A stretch of 64,000 nucleotides of DNA. It comes from the human T2T-CHM13v2.0 reference genome, Homo sapiens. Both the position numbers and the translations under genes were made by a program. Shown here piece by piece: positions 57,891 to 64,000 of this stretch (position 1 is the stretch's first letter; every line of letters starts with the position of its first letter). The stretch lies in assembly GCF_009914755.1 (NCBI RefSeq), contig NC_060929.1. One strand, given 5' to 3'. The notes beneath the pieces were generated by a model. The model made no database searches and had not been told where the DNA came from. It worked only from the letters and a program-made list of their open reading frames with translations.

Positions 57891-60076
57891 AAACTGCAAA
57901 AGCTAAAACAACTAAAGTCATGATTCATCATATTTATATGCTATATATTGTTAAAATATATTTATATTGATTTATTTGAGAACTTAAAAGTGGATGCACC
58001 TTTACTCTAATCACACCATAATATGAAATTAAAGTCTTTATAATAAAGTATGTAACCAAATAGCATTTCGGTGTTTTGCAGAAATATCTAGTTTAGGAAG
58101 TAAAAAAAAAAAAAATGCATATGAGAGGATTATTGCACATGACATGGGCTAATTTCCTGTTACCATAGTTTACAAAAAAGCAGTCCAGCCATGGTTCATG
58201 AATTTTCAAATAATATCCTATATTCTTAACTTATATCAATATTTTAGAGATATATATATATATATTTATAAAAACCATAAAATTACCCAAGGAAAAAAAG
58301 GTTTATCAGGATTCTAAATAACACTCCTTACATTGCTATATATTAGTTTTAAATGAAACTCTTTGAGTTTTTCTCATCAACTTACCTGGTAGCTATTGTC
58401 CCCAGAAACCACCAGAGACCTAGACAAGAAAACACCTGCATGGTTTTTTTGGGTAGCTTTGCTGTCAGGAGTCAATGACAGGGATCATTGACAGCCTTCA
58501 GTGATACAACCATAATATGAAAAGTGAAGGGTTTTTAACACTTACAGACCCTGAGGTGTACACAACAGGAACAGTGGAGAGTGCAATCTGCCAGGTGGGA
58601 CAGATGTCTCCATGCTCTTATCTCTGGCCACCAGCTTGATCCTTCTGGGTATGATGTAGAAGTGGAAACTGTGTCAAGGGTAACTGAACACTGCTTTTGG
58701 CACTAGAAAGCTAAACCTGCTTCAAAATCAATGCCAACACAACATCAAATTATAAGCACTCACCACACTATTGTAGCTCCACTCATCTCCCACTCATGAC
58801 TAAGGCTTCTTTTGTGTTAATTATGTGATATAATTTGTACTATAAACGTATCGATTTTTTTCCCTTTATATTAAGATATTCAACTGATGTGAGCGGGTAA
58901 GAACGATGGGGAAAACAACAAATAAAAATATTTAAAAACTAAAAACTCAGGCTCAAGGCTTTTCCAGTTAAGAAACAGAATGCTTTGTCAGTTCCAAAAA
59001 TAAAAATTAGAAGCCTTTTGAATTGTCTGTGCTCTTAAAACTGAAGTTTGTCCCTGCCATGGGAAAGCTTTTGTATTACGAGCTCTGATTCACAGGGACC
59101 TGCTAACCAGACTTTAGCTCTGCCAGGGTCATAAAAGTATTATTTTCAATTCTCTGATTTTCATCAACTGTTTTTAATAGTTTCTTTTTTCTAATGATAT
59201 TTATGCCTTCTTACAATCCTTATGTTTTTTCCAATAAAATTCATGGAATATAATTCCTAGATGAAATTCTATCATATCTTTTAGAAACTGTAATGTAAAT
59301 AAAACAGTACCCTCTGCCGACTACTCTTTCTGATGCTCCAAATTAGGAAGCTGTGCTTATATTTACAAGGAAGAAATGTCATCTTGGGTTTTGATTCCCC
59401 ATATGTCAGCGGCTTAGCCCTTGACCGAAAGATTCCTACTCTAGCATAGTCTGAAGAAGAACATAACCAAACACTGAACAAAACTAGAGGGGAACATGAG
59501 TTACATCTCAAAGGGTTCACTGTGTCTGAACTCAATTGATCAGAAATTAAAGCCCTGTTCCTGAAGAAAAAGGCAATGATCTAGAAATGCTCAGAGGACT
59601 TCTTAGTTTCTTGACCTTGTATCCAAGAATTACAGCACCAAAAGTTTACAGAATCAAAAGCAAGTAACACTGCTCCAGGGCAGCATGCCTTATTTATGTT
59701 TGGGTAGTGAAACTGGTCAAAGGGTAAATTTAAAGTATTACAAACTCACTGTCTAAATCATTTGCTGTTGCTGTAAGCACCAAATCATTTCCTATATATA
59801 TACATATATATATATACACATGTGTATATATACATGCATATATATGTACATATATACATATATATGTACATATGTACATATATATACATATATATACTAA
59901 TGCTTGCTCGTCAGAGGTTTGTAAAATCACTTTTTAAGCATGAATTCAAGATTGGGGATTTTTGTTTCCCTTAAGCTTTGAAAAGAGGTCTTGTAATCAT
60001 TGTTTTCCTCTATACCATATTCCATGCGTCATTTATTAGTTGCTGAAAGTATATATACCTATTAATCAAGCATTTT

Positions 60077-60390
60077 GCTATGGACTAAATTATGTTTCCC
60101 CAAAATTCATATGTGAAAGCCTAACCTCCAATGTGACTAGGTTTGGAGACAGGGCTTATAATATTGTAATTAAAATTAAGTAGGTCCTAAGGGTAGGACA
60201 TTCATCTGATAGGATTAGGGTTCTTATAAAAGAGACATGAGAGCTCACACATTTTTTTCTCTCTCTCTCTCTCTTTCTCTGTACAAACGCAGAGGAAAAG
60301 CCATGTGTGATTGCACTGAGAAGGCAAACCAGGAAGACAGCCCTCACCAGGAACAACTGGCCAGTACCTTTATCTTGCACATCTATTTCT
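60077..60390 (+). mobile_element. MLT1A-like LTR (3' truncated)
   Basis: tgctatggactaaattatgtttccccaaaattcatatgtgaaagcctaacctccaatgtg...ccctcaccaggaac. Confidence 0.75.
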
Positions 60391-60839
60391 ATAATTGTCC
60401 TTAATAAAACGTACTTACACTCTTATAATTATTGAATAAATTGTAAGCTAAAATTTTCTAGTGAGACCTATTGTTTTATGTTATTGATATTAAGTAGATT
60501 TAAAATGAACCATTATTGAGTAGAATGGAATGAGAGAAATCCATCTAGCCAGTAGATTTTCAACTAGCCACAGACCTTCTGATTATTTTTGTTATATTTA
60601 TTAGTTAGCCAACATTCTGATGCATAGTTTCTCCAGATTCTGCATTTTTCTTTCATAAGAAGATGTGTTTTTACATTCCTTTTTGCCATGGGTTTTGCTA
60701 ATTTTTTTTTTATATAGACACTTTTTACAGACATCATGGATTCTGAGACTTAGACTCACATTTTCTATTCTACTAATTCTGAATTATCTTGCCGCAGCAC
60801 ATCTCTCTTCCTGAAAAGATACATAACTTATAACAAAAT

Positions 60840-62345
60840 ATTACCAATTTAGAGAACACTCGAGGAGCCAAAAACTGAGAGGGAAGTACAGAAAAGTGAA
60901 CCTGATTCAAGATTTTTGTTGATGCAACTTCTGATTCTAAAGTTGTAGGAGACAAGAGTTGTGAGAGGCTGAGCATAAAGGTTTGCCTGTGGGACTAAGC
61001 ACTTTCACTCATCAGGGAACCTTTTCTCTCTGTTCCTTCCCCATCTATGATGGGGAGAAAAGGCTTTCAACCAAGTTACACAGAGATCTGTGGCTTTGAA
61101 CTAAGGGTGAACCACATAGTGTACTTCTCAGTAAGATTTAAATTATCTGTGGATAGCTCAATCTCTAATCTCTATGAACTATAGCTACCCTAATTGTTGA
61201 ACAGAAGAGAAAGTAAATTCTTTTTGTGGAAAGATACTATCAAGCAGAATTTATATTACTTCTCATTTCCGTTTTCACAAGAAATGTCCAATATTCATCA
61301 TAATTTATCAGGCATACTAGACAATGAAACTATACATAAAAAATAGAAAAATGAAAGAAAATGGAAAAAAAAACCTACACAAAATCCAAGTATTGACATA
61401 ATCAGATAGATATTTCAAATTATTGACAGTATAATATTTAATAAGTTAAATAATAATACAGATTTTTGCAGATAATTTAAAACCATAAAATTAAGTGACA
61501 TTCTAGAACTGAAGAATATAATAATTAAATATAAGAATTCAGTAAATGAATAAAATAGCAGATTAAATTAGTTGAAGATAACTCAATGGTTAGAAAGCTA
61601 AAAGATAAGTAAGACTGAAATAATCAAGCTTCAGCACAAACAGAAAATATAGGGAAGCTCCTAGACATAATATGGAACATGGTGAAAAGATTGAACATTC
61701 AATTCAAGTCTCAGAAGTCTCTTGAAGACAGAGGGGATAAAGCAATGCTTAATAAGATAATGACCAAAAATCATCCAGAAATTGAACGACATCAAACCAT
61801 GGACAAATACCAAACATTGCTCATACAAATAATAAATTCAAGATAAATTTTAAAAAATTATTTTTAAAATACTTCATTAAGACTGACAACTGATTTCTTA
61901 ACAGAAACGAGGTCAAGCCAGAGATAACAAAATGGTATCCACAAAATGTAGAAATAAAATAACTATCATTATTCATAGGCAAATGATTGTATATGTTGAA
62001 AATCTAAAAATAATCAGTATACTTATTAGAATTAATAAGTAAATTCAACCAGGTTTTTGTACAAAAAATAATAGTATATGTAAATACCAGTAACCAAAAT
62101 AAGAATATGAAATGCTAATAAATAATTCTATTTAAAACCTTAAGAACATTAAAACCTTAAAAATAATCTAATGTAAGATATGCAAGTCATCTACAGTGCT
62201 AATTATAAAATGTTATTGAAAGAAATTGAGTAACACTTGAGTAACTGGAGGAATAAACCCATGTCCTGGATTGTTAGATTTGATATTTTAAAAAGTTTAC
62301 TATTTCCAGGTTGATCTACAGGTACAATGCAATCCCCCCAAATCC
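60840..62345 (+). mobile_element. Old L1M remnant with internal deletions
   Basis: Degenerate ORF1/ORF2 phrases (aagactgacaactgatttc, atgattgtatatgttgaaaatc, gatctacaggtacaatgcaatccc). Confidence 0.6.
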
Positions 62346-64000
62346 AAAAATAATAAAGAAGCAAAAAAAGGAATAATTTCTTAACAACACTAAGCAAGAA
62401 AATATGTTTCATGTCTACAGATCTGTAGCTGTTTTAAAATTAATAAAAGTATATTCTAAATCTCTATGCAATGAAGTTGCAGAAGTAGATAAAATGAAAA
62501 AAATCTCATAAAAACACTTTTTGCCAAAGTTACATTAGAAGAAATTAAAAATCTAAAAAAAATATTTATCCAAATTCAATTCAATTAACATTCATAGAGC
62601 TTCAAGAATTGTCAACATCAGCAAAATGTATTTTCCATCATGGATTAGGGTGTATATTGAGATGTTTTCTTTCTCTTTGATCATATTTGCTTCATGTATG
62701 TGACTCATGCAACTTGAGTATTCGGAGTCTGTAGAGAAGCACTAGATTAAACATCTGAAGTAATGTATTAAAAGTGCCCATTTTTGTCTCTCTGGATAAT
62801 ATCCTTCACTGTTGATTATTAAGATATGTTTTTAAGGTAAAGCAAGGAATCCGAATTGGAGGGAGAACGATCTGTTGAAATACCATATAGCATATAACAA
62901 CTTGTGGAAATACACATTTAAAAAATAAGTTTAAGCCAGGTCACTTTCTACTGTGATGATGCCAGCACAAAGTTTTAAGTCAGACTCCGATTGCTGCTTT
63001 GTTTTCCAGTGGGATGAGAGGTTTGTAATGGATGTGGGTGTGTTTGTGTGTGTATGTGTATGTGCACATGTGTGTGTGTGCATGTGTGAGTTATTGCAAA
63101 GGCATAGAAAGGATATGACTCCTAAGGGAAAAGGAGGCTACATTTAGAAGGATCAGGTTTTATCTCCTCGGGAAAAAATAAAACAAAACAAAAAGCAGAA
63201 AAATCCCCAATTTTGGTTTTATAAAGGTATTTTATAGCATTGGGTTCTCAATTCAATTTTTTTTTGTTTGTTTTCAAGTAGGCTATAGAATGCTGACACA
63301 TTGATTATCTCTGACGATTTTCTGTTCCTCTTTGCTCTTTATTTCTAATTATGCTATCTCAAAATAACAGCATATCACGGCCTTTGTGTCATAGATATAT
63401 AGGTCATCATAATCCAATTATTTAGTGTCACCAATAAAAAAATTGATAGAAAATATCCAACATAGAATTTATTTTTAAAATTTTATATCCATTCTTATTT
63501 GATGTTTACTTATCTTAACATTTATACGTTATCTTGACCCTGTTTACTGCGAAGGTTGTTTACTCCATAATGATAAGGATATAATGTTGTAATTTGAGAC
63601 AATATTACTGAATTCATTTATATTTCCATTTTTATAACAGCTGAGTCCTAATATTCTTGTGTTCTCAAAATACTGTCTGTATTGTTTCAAATAATTTTGT
63701 TGACCCATAATTTTTTATAACTTCAAATACTTTAAAGCCCCCGTTCTATATCTAAATGTTCATTTTTATTTTTATATTTTTCTTGACCTTAGGGGGCTGT
63801 GCTATATAGATGAAGGCAATGGATATAGAGGAACTTATTAGTAAGAAATTATTATTTCAACAAGTTTTCTTGCAACCTGAGTTCAAAAAAGTCAGTAAGT
63901 TTTTATTTAACTTCTGGTCATGATTCAGTCAGAATTAGTGTTCATCATAAAGGAGACAAGTAAACAAACTTGAGCATCAACACATAAGAGAAATGATCCT

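Overview
Human genomic DNA: an AluYb8-family element with its diagnostic GCAGTCC duplication lies at 12896-13209. I see no intact protein-coding gene. The window is a mosaic of segmental-duplication modules: (i) 1-~3956 AT-rich and Alu-poor; (ii) ~3957-~11184 a GC/Alu-rich unprocessed GUSB pseudogene fragment on the minus strand, covering exons equivalent to GUSB 5-9 and bounded at both ends by abruptly truncated Alus; (iii) ~11185-~21600 an Alu-rich block holding a single, nearly intact 134-nt WDR70-derived exon, also on the minus strand; (iv) ~21600-64000 AT-rich DNA rich in L1, THE1/MLT LTRs and DNA transposons. This resembles the GUSBP/'SMA3-5' duplicon family (5q13, 5p and 6p copies), but the exact paralog cannot be assigned without alignment. 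The most notable observation is that splicing the WDR70 exon to the GUSB exon-5 copy would join an ATG-initiated, hydrophobic +1-frame peptide in frame to GUSB sequence. Other observations: the pseudogene carries changes equivalent to MPS VII alleles, four primate L1s are 5'-inverted (one with a captured opposite-strand polyadenylated fragment), and five THE1 LTRs retain DUX4-type motifs. Gene and repeat identities come from recognition of the sequence, not database searches. Repeat boundaries are approximate unless a TSD is quoted.
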